Positions 9,379 through 17,411 of a stretch of DNA of 64,000 nt are shown piece by piece (within the stretch, counting starts at the first letter, position 1; every line of letters starts with the position of its first letter). The notes under the pieces were generated by a model. It ran no database searches and was not told the DNA's origin. It saw only the letters and a list, made by a program, of their open reading frames with translations. Source of the DNA: Paracoccaceae bacterium (GTDB lineage: Bacteria; Pseudomonadota; Alphaproteobacteria; Rhodobacterales; Rhodobacteraceae); assembly GCA_050485905.1 (NCBI GenBank), contig JBJHCH010000004.1, positions 150-64,149 of the forward strand, written 5' to 3'. A program made the position numbers and the translations under genes.

Positions 9379-9986
9379 TCCAGTTCAAACCCCAGGATCG
9401 CGCCGACCGAGGCGACGGCGATCCGTTCCAGTTCCGCCTCGTCAAAGGCATCGGGCAGGGCAGAGCCTTCCAGCCACAACCCGTCAATCACCGCGTTGCA
9501 GGCAATCGCCGCCGCCCGCGCATCCGCCACGCCGCAATCCGCGATCAGCCCCTGCAGCCGGTCGCGGAAAGCCAGATAGCTTTCCCGGTGCACCGCCCGC
9601 ATCGCCGCATCCGCCTGCACCCGGTGGATGAACCCGGCCCACAGGCCCAGCGCGCGGGCATCCACCACCGGCGGCGTCACCGCGGCGCGGACAAAGGCCG
9701 CCAGCCGCGCGCGCGGATGCTCTGGCGCCGCTTCCAGCACCGCCGCAGAATCCTCGGTCAGCCGGTCCATCAGCGCCCGATAGGCGGCCAGCAGCAGCTC
9801 TTCCTTGCCGTCGAAATAATGCCGGATCAGCCCCGGCGTCACGCCCGCGCGTTCCGCAATCGCGCGCACCGTTGCGGCCTCGATCCCGCCCTCGGCGATC
9901 AGGTCCAGCGCCGCGGCGATCAGATCCTCGCGCCGCCGCTCCTCTCCCTCGCGCCGAAAGGCCCGCCTTGCGCCCGCAACCTGCAT
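9375..9986 (-). CDS. TetR/AcrR family transcriptional regulator
   Basis: 203 aa with an N-terminal TetR helix-turn-helix (ATVRAIAERAGVTPGLIRHYFDGKEELL). First gene of the minus-strand operon. Confidence 0.85.
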   Translation of the reverse strand: MQVAGARRAFRREGEERRREDLIAAALDLIAEGGIEAATVRAIAERAGVTPGLIRHYFDGKEELLLAAYRALMDRLTEDSAAVLEAAPEHPRARLAAFVRAAVTPPVVDARALGLWAGFIHRVQADAAMRAVHRESYLAFRDRLQGLIADCGVADARAAAIACNAVIDGLWLEGSALPDAFDEAELERIAVASVGAILGFELE

Positions 9987-10000
9987 GTCCCCGCCCGTTT

Positions 10001-10018
10001 ATTATACACTTGCATAAT
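10001..10018. promoter_or_regulatory. AT-rich imperfect palindrome, candidate TetR operator / divergent promoter core
   Basis: attatacacttgcataat (6 of 7 arm positions pair). It is the only AT-rich patch in the 113-nt divergent intergenic region between the TetR gene and the ABC binding-protein gene. Confidence 0.3.
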
Positions 10019-10099
10019 TACGCCCCGGCGGTCTTAAATGCAATCGCAATCCAGCCGCGACAGCCGGCCACCAAGAAACCGAAAACAGAGAGGACGACC

Positions 10100-10870
10100 A
10101 TGCGCACACCCATGATCATCGCCGCCGCAGCCCTCGCGCTCGGCACCGCCGCCGCACAGGCCCAGCAGGTCCGCGTCGGCATCGCCGCCGAACCCTACCC
10201 GCCCTTCGCCAGCCCCGACGCCGGCGGCAACTGGGTCGGATGGGAGATCGAGATCATCGGCGCCGTCTGCGAGGCGGCAGAGATGGACTGCGTCATCACC
10301 CCCGTCGCCTGGGATGGCATCATCCCCTCGCTCACCAGCCAGCAGATCGACGCGATCATGGCCTCGATGTCGATCACCGAAGAGCGGATGCAGACCATCG
10401 ACTTCTCCGACAAGTACTACAACACCCCCGCCGTGGTCGTGGCCCCCAGGGACATGGAGATCGAGGCGACGGCCGAGGGGCTGGCGGGCCGCATCCTCGG
10501 CGTGCAGGTCGCCACCACCCATGCCGCCTATGCGCAGGAACACTTCGCCGCCTCGGTGGCCGAACTGCGCTCCTACCAGACCCAGGACGAGGCGAACCAG
10601 GATCTGGTCGCGGGCCGCATCGACGCCACCCAGGCCGACAGCCTGGCGATGGCCGATTTCCTTGAATCCGACGCCGGCCAGTGCTGCGAGATCAAGGGCT
10701 CGGTTCCCGCCGACCCGTCGATCCTCGGCCGTGGCGTGGGCGTCGGCCTGCGCAAGGGCGACGACGCGCTGCGCGAGCGCTTCAACGCCGGCATCGCCGC
10801 GATCATCGCCGACGGCACCTATGACGCGATCAGCGCCAACTACTTCACCACCTCGATCTACGGCGACTAG
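10100..10870 (+). CDS. Polar amino-acid ABC transporter substrate-binding protein (family 3, Lys/Arg/Orn/His/octopine type)
   Basis: Track ORF 9872..10870. I moved the start to ATG 10100 (RBS gagagga), which gives the signal peptide MRTPMIIAAAALALGTAAAQA. SBP_bac_3-like body. Confidence 0.9.
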   Translation: MRTPMIIAAAALALGTAAAQAQQVRVGIAAEPYPPFASPDAGGNWVGWEIEIIGAVCEAAEMDCVITPVAWDGIIPSLTSQQIDAIMASMSITEERMQTIDFSDKYYNTPAVVVAPRDMEIEATAEGLAGRILGVQVATTHAAYAQEHFAASVAELRSYQTQDEANQDLVAGRIDATQADSLAMADFLESDAGQCCEIKGSVPADPSILGRGVGVGLRKGDDALRERFNAGIAAIIADGTYDAISANYFTTSIYGD

Positions 10871-10882
10871 GGCCGCGCGCCC

Positions 10883-11638
10883 GTGTTCGAGGCGCTGATC
10901 GACACGCTGGGGCTGGCCCGCACGGTCGAACTTCTGGCGCTTTCCCCCCCCGGCTGGGGGGGGAACCTGCTGCGCGGGCTGAAGAACTCGCTCATCATCG
11001 CGGGCGGCGCCTTCGGCATGGGGCTGGTGATCGGCACCTTCGGCGCCTATGGCAAGCTTTACGGCGGCCCGGTCGTGCGTGACCTGCTGGCCGTCTATAC
11101 CACCGTGGTGCGCGCCGTTCCGGAACTGGTGCTGATCCTCATTCTCTACTACGCCGGCACCGACCTTCTGAACCGCACACTTGTCGGCATGGGCTACCGC
11201 CCGGTCGAGGTCTCGGGGCTGCTCGCCGGCATCCTCGTCCTCGGCGTGGTGCAGGGGGCATACGCGACCGAGGTTCTGCGCGGCGCGATTCAATCCGTCC
11301 CGCATGGTCAGATCCAGGCCGGGCGCGCCTACGGGATGCCCGGCTTCCTCCTGATGCGCCGGATCGTGATGCCCGCGATGCTCGCCTCGGCGATCCCCGG
11401 CCTTGCGAACCTGTGGCTGATCGCCACCAAGGACACCGCGCTGCTGGCCATCGTCGGATTCTCGGAACTCACACTGGAAACCCGGCAGGCGGCGGGATCG
11501 ACGCGGGCCTATTTCACCTTCTTCCTCGCCGCCGGGGCGCTTTACCTGACCGTGACGCTGCTGTCGGGGCGGGTGTTCGGGCGGCTGGAACGCTGGGCGC
11601 GGCGCGGCCAGCCGGATCTCCGGGTGGGCGGGGTATGA
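10883..11638 (+). CDS. Amino-acid ABC transporter permease (HisQ-like)
   Basis: 251 aa with a GTG start. Contains the EAA-loop region (AGRAYGMPGFLLMRRIVMP) and multiple TM segments. Confidence 0.9.
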   Translation: MFEALIDTLGLARTVELLALSPPGWGGNLLRGLKNSLIIAGGAFGMGLVIGTFGAYGKLYGGPVVRDLLAVYTTVVRAVPELVLILILYYAGTDLLNRTLVGMGYRPVEVSGLLAGILVLGVVQGAYATEVLRGAIQSVPHGQIQAGRAYGMPGFLLMRRIVMPAMLASAIPGLANLWLIATKDTALLAIVGFSELTLETRQAAGSTRAYFTFFLAAGALYLTVTLLSGRVFGRLERWARRGQPDLRVGGV

Positions 11639-12462
11639 GCCGCACCTCGATCACCGCGCCCGCCCCCGGCCGCCTGCCGCGCCTGTCCGACCTGCGCGCA
11701 TGGCTGCGCCCGCACCGGGTGGTGATGATCGCGCTCACCCTCGCGCTGGTGGTCTGGTGCGCGCTGACGCTGCGATGGGACTGGCTGCCGCGCTACTGGG
11801 ATTTGGCGATGGCGGGCCTCTGGCGCACGATCTGGATCCTCGCCGTCACCGCGACGCTGGGCTTCCTTCTGGCGATCCCGCTCGGCCTCGCGCAGGCGGT
11901 GGGGCCGTGGTATCTGGCCGCGCCCGCGCGGGCCTTCTGCACCGTGATCCGGGGCACGCCGCTGCTGCTGCAACTCTGGCTCCTCTACTACGGCCTCGGT
12001 TCCCTGTTCCCTCAATATCCGTGGATTCGCGAAAGCGAGCTCTGGCCCTATCTGCGGCAGGCATGGCCCTATGCGGTGCTGGCCCTGACGCTGAGTTTCG
12101 CCGGGTATGAGGGAGAGGTGATGCGCGGCGCCTTCAAGGGCGTGCCGCGGGGGCAGCTGGAGGCCGCGCGCTCGGTCGGCATGTCGCGCTTTCAGATGTT
12201 CCGCCGGATCTGGCTGCCGCAGGCGATCCGCCGCGCCCTGCCGACGCTGGGCGGCGAGACCGTGCTGCAACTGAAGGCAACGCCGCTGGTCGCCACGATC
12301 ACCGTCGTGGACATCTACGCCGTTTCCGCCCGCGTCCGGCAGGACACGTTCATCATCTACGAGCCGCTTCTGCTGCTCGCCGTGGTCTATCTGATGATCA
12401 CCGGGCTGATCGTTCTGGGCTTCCGCTGGCTGGAATCCCGCGTGCCCTCACGGGTCGGCTGA
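11635..12462 (+). CDS. Amino-acid ABC transporter permease (HisM-like)
   Basis: Track ORF 11413..12462. I moved the start to ATG 11635, which overlaps the upstream stop as ATGA. EAA loop (AARSVGMSRFQMFRRIWLP). Confidence 0.9.
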   Translation: MSRTSITAPAPGRLPRLSDLRAWLRPHRVVMIALTLALVVWCALTLRWDWLPRYWDLAMAGLWRTIWILAVTATLGFLLAIPLGLAQAVGPWYLAAPARAFCTVIRGTPLLLQLWLLYYGLGSLFPQYPWIRESELWPYLRQAWPYAVLALTLSFAGYEGEVMRGAFKGVPRGQLEAARSVGMSRFQMFRRIWLPQAIRRALPTLGGETVLQLKATPLVATITVVDIYAVSARVRQDTFIIYEPLLLLAVVYLMITGLIVLGFRWLESRVPSRVG

Positions 12463-12497
12463 GGCCCCGCCAGCGCCCCTGCCGGACCGTGCCCAAC

Positions 12498-12571
12498 GGT
12501 TAAGGGCAGGTTAACAAAAAATGCGATTTCATTTGTTTTCAGTCACTTGAATTTTTGGGCAACTTGCCCAA
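12498..12571 (+). repeat. Copy A of a roughly 75-nt intergenic repeat family (AT-richer conserved arm plus terminal palindrome)
   Basis: ggttaagggcaggttaacaaaaaatgcgatttc...cttgaattt aligns with copies at 35839-35913 (inverted), 35934-36007 and 50382-50467. It ends in the palindrome ttgggcaa-c-ttgcccaa, 7 nt from the neuC-like stop codon. Confidence 0.6.
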
Positions 12572-12578
12572 CCACCCC

Positions 12579-13706
12579 TCAACCCGTGCCCACATCCCGA
12601 AACGCCTTCTGCATCGACCGGGTCCAGAACCCCTCATCCTGCAGGACAGCCACGAAATTCTCGGCCGCATTTCCGGTCCCGAAGGCCGTATCCGGCGGAT
12701 ATCTCCGGCCCCATTCCCGGTCCAGAAACGCCGCCACCCCAGCCCCATCCCCGGCCCCGCAACGAGACAGCGATTCCGCCCGCGCCCGCCCCGACTGCCG
12801 GCTCCCCACGTCCAGGCTGGGTATCCCCAGAAACGGCGCCTCCCTTACCCCCGCGCTGGAATTGCCGACCATGCAGGCCGCGTTCTTCATCAGCTCGGAA
12901 AAATGCGAGAACCGCATCGACGGGATGCGCCGGAACCGATCCCCCGGCAGCCGGTCGATCACCTCGAATATCGCCTCCGACCCCGGATCGTTGTTCGGCA
13001 GGATCAGCACGAAATCCCGCCCCGACGCCTCCAGCGCCCCGAACAGCGCCCCCGCCTGCCGCCCCATATCGGCCGCCTCGGACGTGACGGGATGAAAGAT
13101 GCAGATGCCGTAATCCGCGAACGGGATCGCATACCGCGCCCGCACCTCCTCCAGCGTCACCCCCGACGCCGCCCCGTGCTTGTCCAGTTCCGGCGATCCG
13201 ATCACATGGATCGCCTCCTCCGGCTCCCCCAGCGCCATCACCCGCGCCTTCGCGGCGTCGGAGCTGACGAAATGACAATAGGCCAGCTTGGTATTGCAGT
13301 GCCGGAAGATCTCGTCGATCGTGCCAGAGATCTCGCCCCCCTCCACATGGGCGCAGCGGATGTAATTGGTGGCGCAGACCAGCGCGCAGGCCAGCGCCTC
13401 CACCCGGTCGCCATGCACCACCACCAGATCGGGCCGGTGTTCCGCGACGAAATCGGAAAACCCCAGCACCGTCTTGGCCAGCACCATGTCCTGAGGATCG
13501 CCGGGCCGCTGGTTCAGGAACTCGTGCACCGCCACGCCGGGCATCCGGTGCACCTCGATCTTGGTCAGCCCGTAGCGGTCCAGCATATGCATGCCGGTGA
13601 CATGAAAGCTGACCGCAAACCCCGCATCCCGCGCCGCCGCCGCCAGCGGCTCCAGCTTGCCGAAATCGGCCCGCGTGCCGGTGACGAACAGAATGGAACG
13701 GGTCAT
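12579..13706 (-). CDS. UDP-N-acetylglucosamine 2-epimerase (hydrolysing), NeuC family
   Basis: Track ORF 12579..13865. I moved the start to ATG 13706 (MTRSILFVTGTRADFGKL). The HVEGGEISGTIDE motif is typical of hydrolysing 2-epimerases. Confidence 0.85.
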   Translation of the reverse strand: MTRSILFVTGTRADFGKLEPLAAAARDAGFAVSFHVTGMHMLDRYGLTKIEVHRMPGVAVHEFLNQRPGDPQDMVLAKTVLGFSDFVAEHRPDLVVVHGDRVEALACALVCATNYIRCAHVEGGEISGTIDEIFRHCNTKLAYCHFVSSDAAKARVMALGEPEEAIHVIGSPELDKHGAASGVTLEEVRARYAIPFADYGICIFHPVTSEAADMGRQAGALFGALEASGRDFVLILPNNDPGSEAIFEVIDRLPGDRFRRIPSMRFSHFSELMKNAACMVGNSSAGVREAPFLGIPSLDVGSRQSGRARAESLSRCGAGDGAGVAAFLDREWGRRYPPDTAFGTGNAAENFVAVLQDEGFWTRSMQKAFRDVGTG

Positions 13707-13833
13707 GGCCGGCCGGGTTTCCGCTTGCCAGGGACGCAACGGGCTCCAGATATGGACAGGCAGGCCGGGATTGTCCAGCCGCCCGCACCGGGGCGGGGCG
13801 TCACACCGGGCCACAGACCGACCGGGGGCGCCG

Positions 13834-14235
13834 ATGACCGAAGTTCTGATCCTGTTCCTGACCACATCTGCCGTGTTCCTGATCGCCGATGCGCTGATGC
13901 TGAAAACGGTGATCCAGCCGCTTTTCCGCAGCCACCTCGGCCGCGCGCTGATCGACGGCGCGCGGCTCCTGCCGGCGGCGCTGTTCTACCTCGTCTACAT
14001 GGCCGGCATCCTGTGGTTCGCCGGCCTGCCTGCATTGCAGGCCGCCCAGCCCGCCGCCGCCGCGCTCAACGGCGCGATGCTGGGCCTCGTCGCCTACGGC
14101 ACCTACGAACTGACAAGCTGGGCCGTGATGCGCGACTGGCACCCGACGATGGTGGCGGTGGACTGGGCCTGGGGCACCGCGCTGACCGCGCTCTCCGCCT
14201 GGGGCGGGGTCACGCTGGCGCTATTGCTACTGTAG
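13834..14235 (+). CDS. DUF2177-like small integral membrane protein
   Basis: Track ORF 13657..14235. I moved the start to ATG 13834 (MTEVLILFLTTSAVFLIADALMLK). About 133 aa with four predicted TM segments. Confidence 0.7.
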   Translation: MTEVLILFLTTSAVFLIADALMLKTVIQPLFRSHLGRALIDGARLLPAALFYLVYMAGILWFAGLPALQAAQPAAAALNGAMLGLVAYGTYELTSWAVMRDWHPTMVAVDWAWGTALTALSAWGGVTLALLLL

Positions 14236-14841
14236 CCGCCCGACGCGCCGGCGCCGGCCGACCGCACCCAGCAGGGCCAGCCCCCCCATCAGCAGCGGCA
14301 GCGCCGCCGGCAGCGGGATCGGTGCAGGCTGCAGGATGTCGCCACGCAGGCGGAATGCGCCAAATCCGGAGGTGAACTCCGTTTCCAGTTGCGAGACCGT
14401 CCCCGTGATCGAATACGTGCCCTCGAGAAGCGCGAAGACCCCGGTCGAGAACGAAGCAGTCTCGCCTGCTCCGCTTGGCGAAGTCGCGCATTCCGGGTCG
14501 AAATTGCACCCAGTATAGCCGTCAGTTTCAGAGAGGATCGGAACCGACGTTAGGCCAATCGATACGCCGAAGTCGAAAATCTCGAACCGATCGCCTGGAA
14601 AGCCGAGATCGACGAACTCGATGCTCCCCGCACTCAACAGCGTGAATGTCCAAGGCCCGTCCGGGGCCGATTCAAGACCGCCAAACGCACCCGGTGGCGC
14701 TTGCAGGGGCGCGGGGCTACCGTCGCCATAGTTGAAATAGAAGAGATACCAGATACCGCTCTGCAACGTGCTGGCAGTCGCTACGACCGGGGCGAGCAGG
14801 ATCGAAGATGCTGCAAGAAGCGAGAAAGCAAACTGACGCAT
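14227..14841 (-). CDS. Secreted protein with a C-terminal VPLPA-CTERM-type sorting signal
   Basis: 204 aa. Signal peptide MRQFAFSLLAASSILLAPVVATA. The C-terminus IPLPAALPLLMGGLALLGAVGRRRR follows the pattern motif, TM helix, Arg cluster. The body is visibly lower in GC than its neighbours. Confidence 0.7.
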   Translation of the reverse strand: MRQFAFSLLAASSILLAPVVATASTLQSGIWYLFYFNYGDGSPAPLQAPPGAFGGLESAPDGPWTFTLLSAGSIEFVDLGFPGDRFEIFDFGVSIGLTSVPILSETDGYTGCNFDPECATSPSGAGETASFSTGVFALLEGTYSITGTVSQLETEFTSGFGAFRLRGDILQPAPIPLPAALPLLMGGLALLGAVGRRRRVGRLQ

Positions 14842-14907
14842 GTCGGCAACCTTTCAATTTGAAACACAGAAGCCTCGGCGCCAGTGGCGCCTGAGTCAAG
14901 GAAATAG

Positions 14908-14922
14908 TTAACGCAAGGTTAA
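14908..14922. promoter_or_regulatory. Perfect CtrA-type box TTAA-N7-TTAA
   Basis: ttaacgcaaggttaa, about 70 nt upstream of the start of the VPLPA-CTERM gene. GANTC sites lie nearby (gagtc around 14894, gaatc around 15086). Confidence 0.35.
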
Positions 14923-15096
14923 TTTGGGAACGTACAAGACAGTCGGGCACGGCAAGCGCAATGTGCATTCTTGCGTGATATAGCGATCATTTCGGCGGAT
15001 CTGTGCATTATTTGGGTATGCACGCCGTATGCACGGTAGATGCATGTAAAGCATACGTGCATGCACACGCCATATGCGCGGGCAGGAATCGAAACG

Positions 15097-15117
15097 GGGG
15101 CCGACTGACGCAGCCCC
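15097..15117 (-). terminator. Candidate intrinsic terminator after ubiK
   Basis: The minus strand reads ggggctg-cgtcagt-cggcccc followed by gtttcgatt. It lies about 33 nt downstream of the ubiK stop. The U-tract is weak. Confidence 0.35.
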
Positions 15118-15149
15118 AGTTCGGGCGGTCCGTGGCGGTAGATCGGGGG

Positions 15150-15410
15150 TTAGCCGGCGGCAGACTCGCCGCCCTTTTTCTCCAGCGCGTCGATCCGCGC
15201 CTTCAGCGCCTCGTTCTCCTCGCGGGCCTTCTGCGCCATGGCGCGCACGGCGTCAAACTCTTCGCGCGTAACGAAATTCCGATCCGCCATCCACCGCTCC
15301 ACCATGCCGCGAAAGGCGGTCTCCGCCTCCTCTCGCGCGCCCTGGGCCACGCCCATCGCGTTCGTCATCAACTGCGAGACATCATCGAGGAACTTGTTGC
15401 GGCTCTGCAT
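15150..15410 (-). CDS. ubiK: UbiK/BMFP family accessory factor (coiled-coil protein)
   Basis: Track ORF 15150..15497. I moved the start to ATG 15410 (RBS ggagag). [30 protein letters not shown] is typical of this family. Confidence 0.8.
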   Translation of the reverse strand: MQSRNKFLDDVSQLMTNAMGVAQGAREEAETAFRGMVERWMADRNFVTREEFDAVRAMAQKAREENEALKARIDALEKKGGESAAG

Positions 15411-15474
15411 CTCTGGCTCTCCTGGCATCTTCCCGATATATGGCGCGGGCACGCCCGCAGGACAAGGCCGCCCG

Positions 15475-16353
15475 ATGCTCGCCATCCCCTTCCCCAACCT
15501 GTCACCGGAACTCTTCAGCTTTGAAATCGCTGGGTTTTCCTTTGCGTTGCGGTGGTATGCGCTGGCCTATATTGCAGGCCTGCTGATCGGCTGGCGGATC
15601 GTGGTGGGTCTGATGCGCCGCCCTCGGCTCTATGCCCCCGATGCCCCGCCGATGCGCCCGGAACAGGTGGAATCCCTGCTGACCTGGACGATCCTCGGCG
15701 TGATCCTTGGCGGGCGGCTGGGCTTCGTGCTGTTCTACCAGCCCGGCTATTACCTTCAGAATCCGGCGGAAATCCTGGCGATCTGGCAGGGCGGCATGGC
15801 GTTTCACGGCGGCTTCGCCGGTGTGATCGTCGCGACGCTCGCCTGGTGCCGCCGCAACGGTATCGACATCCTGCCCACGCTGGACGCCATGGCGCTGGCC
15901 ACCCCCATCGGTCTGATGCTGGGCAGGCTGGCGAATTTCGTGAACGCAGAACTCTGGGGCCGCCCCACGACGATGCCCTGGGGCGTGATCTTTCCCGGTG
16001 AGGCCGCACAGGCCTGTCCGTGGGACTGGGTCGGCGCCTGCACAAGGCACCCCTCGCAACTCTATCAGGCGGCCGGCGAAGGGCTGATCCTGTTCCTGAT
16101 CCTGCTGGTTCTGGTCATGCGCGGCGCGCTGCGCCATCCCGGCCTTGTCGGTGCGATTTTCGTTGCGGGCTATGGCGTTGCACGCTTCGTGGTGGAATTC
16201 TTCCGCCAGCCGGACGCACAGTTCATCGGGCCGGGCAATCCACTGGGGCTGGCGGTGCAGGTGGGCGGCTACGGGCTGACGATGGGCCAGCTTCTGTCGC
16301 TGCCGATGATCGCGGTCGGTCTGTGGTTCGCCGCCCGCGCCCGGGCGCAATGA
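15475..16353 (+). CDS. lgt: Prolipoprotein diacylglyceryl transferase
   Basis: Track ORF 15238..16353. I moved the start to ATG 15475 ([14 protein letters not shown]). Lgt signatures include [10 protein letters not shown] and [16 protein letters not shown]. Confidence 0.95.
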   Translation: MLAIPFPNLSPELFSFEIAGFSFALRWYALAYIAGLLIGWRIVVGLMRRPRLYAPDAPPMRPEQVESLLTWTILGVILGGRLGFVLFYQPGYYLQNPAEILAIWQGGMAFHGGFAGVIVATLAWCRRNGIDILPTLDAMALATPIGLMLGRLANFVNAELWGRPTTMPWGVIFPGEAAQACPWDWVGACTRHPSQLYQAAGEGLILFLILLVLVMRGALRHPGLVGAIFVAGYGVARFVVEFFRQPDAQFIGPGNPLGLAVQVGGYGLTMGQLLSLPMIAVGLWFAARARAQ

Positions 16354-17411
16354 CGCCCCTTGCCCGGCAACTGATCCGGCGCATCCGTTCCTCGGGGCCG
16401 ATCACACTGGCCGATTACATGGCCGATTGCCTCCTTGACCCCGAGCACGGCTATTATGCCACGCGCGAGCCATTCGGCACGGCCGGCGATTTCACCACCG
16501 CGCCCGAGATCAGCCAGATGTTCGGCGAGTTGATCGGCCTCTGCCTGGCCCAGTCGTGGCTGGATCAGGGCGCGCCCGCGCCCTTCACGCTGGCCGAGCT
16601 CGGCCCCGGCCGCGGCACGCTGATGGCCGACCTGCTGCGCGCCACCCGCGGCGTGCCGGGTTTCCATGAGGCGCTTCGCCTGCATCTGGTCGAAGCCTCG
16701 CCCCGCCTGCGCGCCCGGCAGCAACAAAGCCTGCCCGCTCACAGCCCGCAGTGGCACGACACCGTAGCCAGCCTTCCCGAAAGTCCGCTGTTCCTGATCG
16801 CCAACGAATTCTTCGACGCGCTGCCGATCCGGCAGTTCCGCCGCGATGGCTCCGGCTGGCGCGAGGTCATGTTGACCGTCAAGGATGACCGTCTCGCGCT
16901 GGGACTGTCCGACCCGGCCGAGATCATGGCACTGGCGCATCGGATCAGCGACACTCGCGACGGCGACATCGTGGAAATCTGCCCGGCCGCAGGGCCAATC
17001 GCAGGCGCAATCGCGGCACGCATCGCCGCGCATGGCGGGCTCGCGCTGATCGTCGATTATGGCGGCTGGCACAGCCGTGGCGATACGTTTCAGGCCCTGC
17101 GCGGGCATCGGCCCGAGGATCCGCTGGATAACCCCGGCCTTGCCGACCTGACCGCGCATGTGGATTTCCAGCCCTTGGCAGAGGCGGCTCGGGCTGCGGG
17201 TGCTGCCACTTCCTTCTGCGAACAGGGGCCGTTTCTGGAACGGCTCGGCATCGCCGCGAGGGCCGAACGCTTGGCGCAGTCGTTGAAGGACGAGGCGTTG
17301 GTCGCGCATCGTGCCGCGCATCGCCGCTTGACCCATGCGCAGGAAATGGGACACCTGTTCAAGGTGCTCGCCATCCACCCGCCATCGACACTGCCGCCAG
17401 GATTCGCCTGA
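16350..17411 (+). CDS. Class I SAM-dependent methyltransferase (DUF185 / NDUFAF7-like)
   Basis: Track ORF 16020..17411. I moved the start to ATG 16350, which overlaps the lgt stop as [22 protein letters not shown] is the family motif. Confidence 0.85.
   Translation: MTPLARQLIRRIRSSGPITLADYMADCLLDPEHGYYATREPFGTAGDFTTAPEISQMFGELIGLCLAQSWLDQGAPAPFTLAELGPGRGTLMADLLRATRGVPGFHEALRLHLVEASPRLRARQQQSLPAHSPQWHDTVASLPESPLFLIANEFFDALPIRQFRRDGSGWREVMLTVKDDRLALGLSDPAEIMALAHRISDTRDGDIVEICPAAGPIAGAIAARIAAHGGLALIVDYGGWHSRGDTFQALRGHRPEDPLDNPGLADLTAHVDFQPLAEAARAAGAATSFCEQGPFLERLGIAARAERLAQSLKDEALVAHRAAHRRLTHAQEMGHLFKVLAIHPPSTLPPGFA

Noticed and set aside
12521-12550. 9-codon micro-ORF inside the repeat (ATG CGA TTT CAT TTG ... 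TGA in copy A, with a same-length ATG CGA TTT CGT TTG ... TGA in copy C at 50405-50434)
   Set aside because: The ATG is lost in copies B1 and B2. There is no convincing RBS. The downstream peptide sequences differ (MRFHLFSVT versus MRFRLDSMC). Shared nucleotide ancestry explains the similarity better than coding does.
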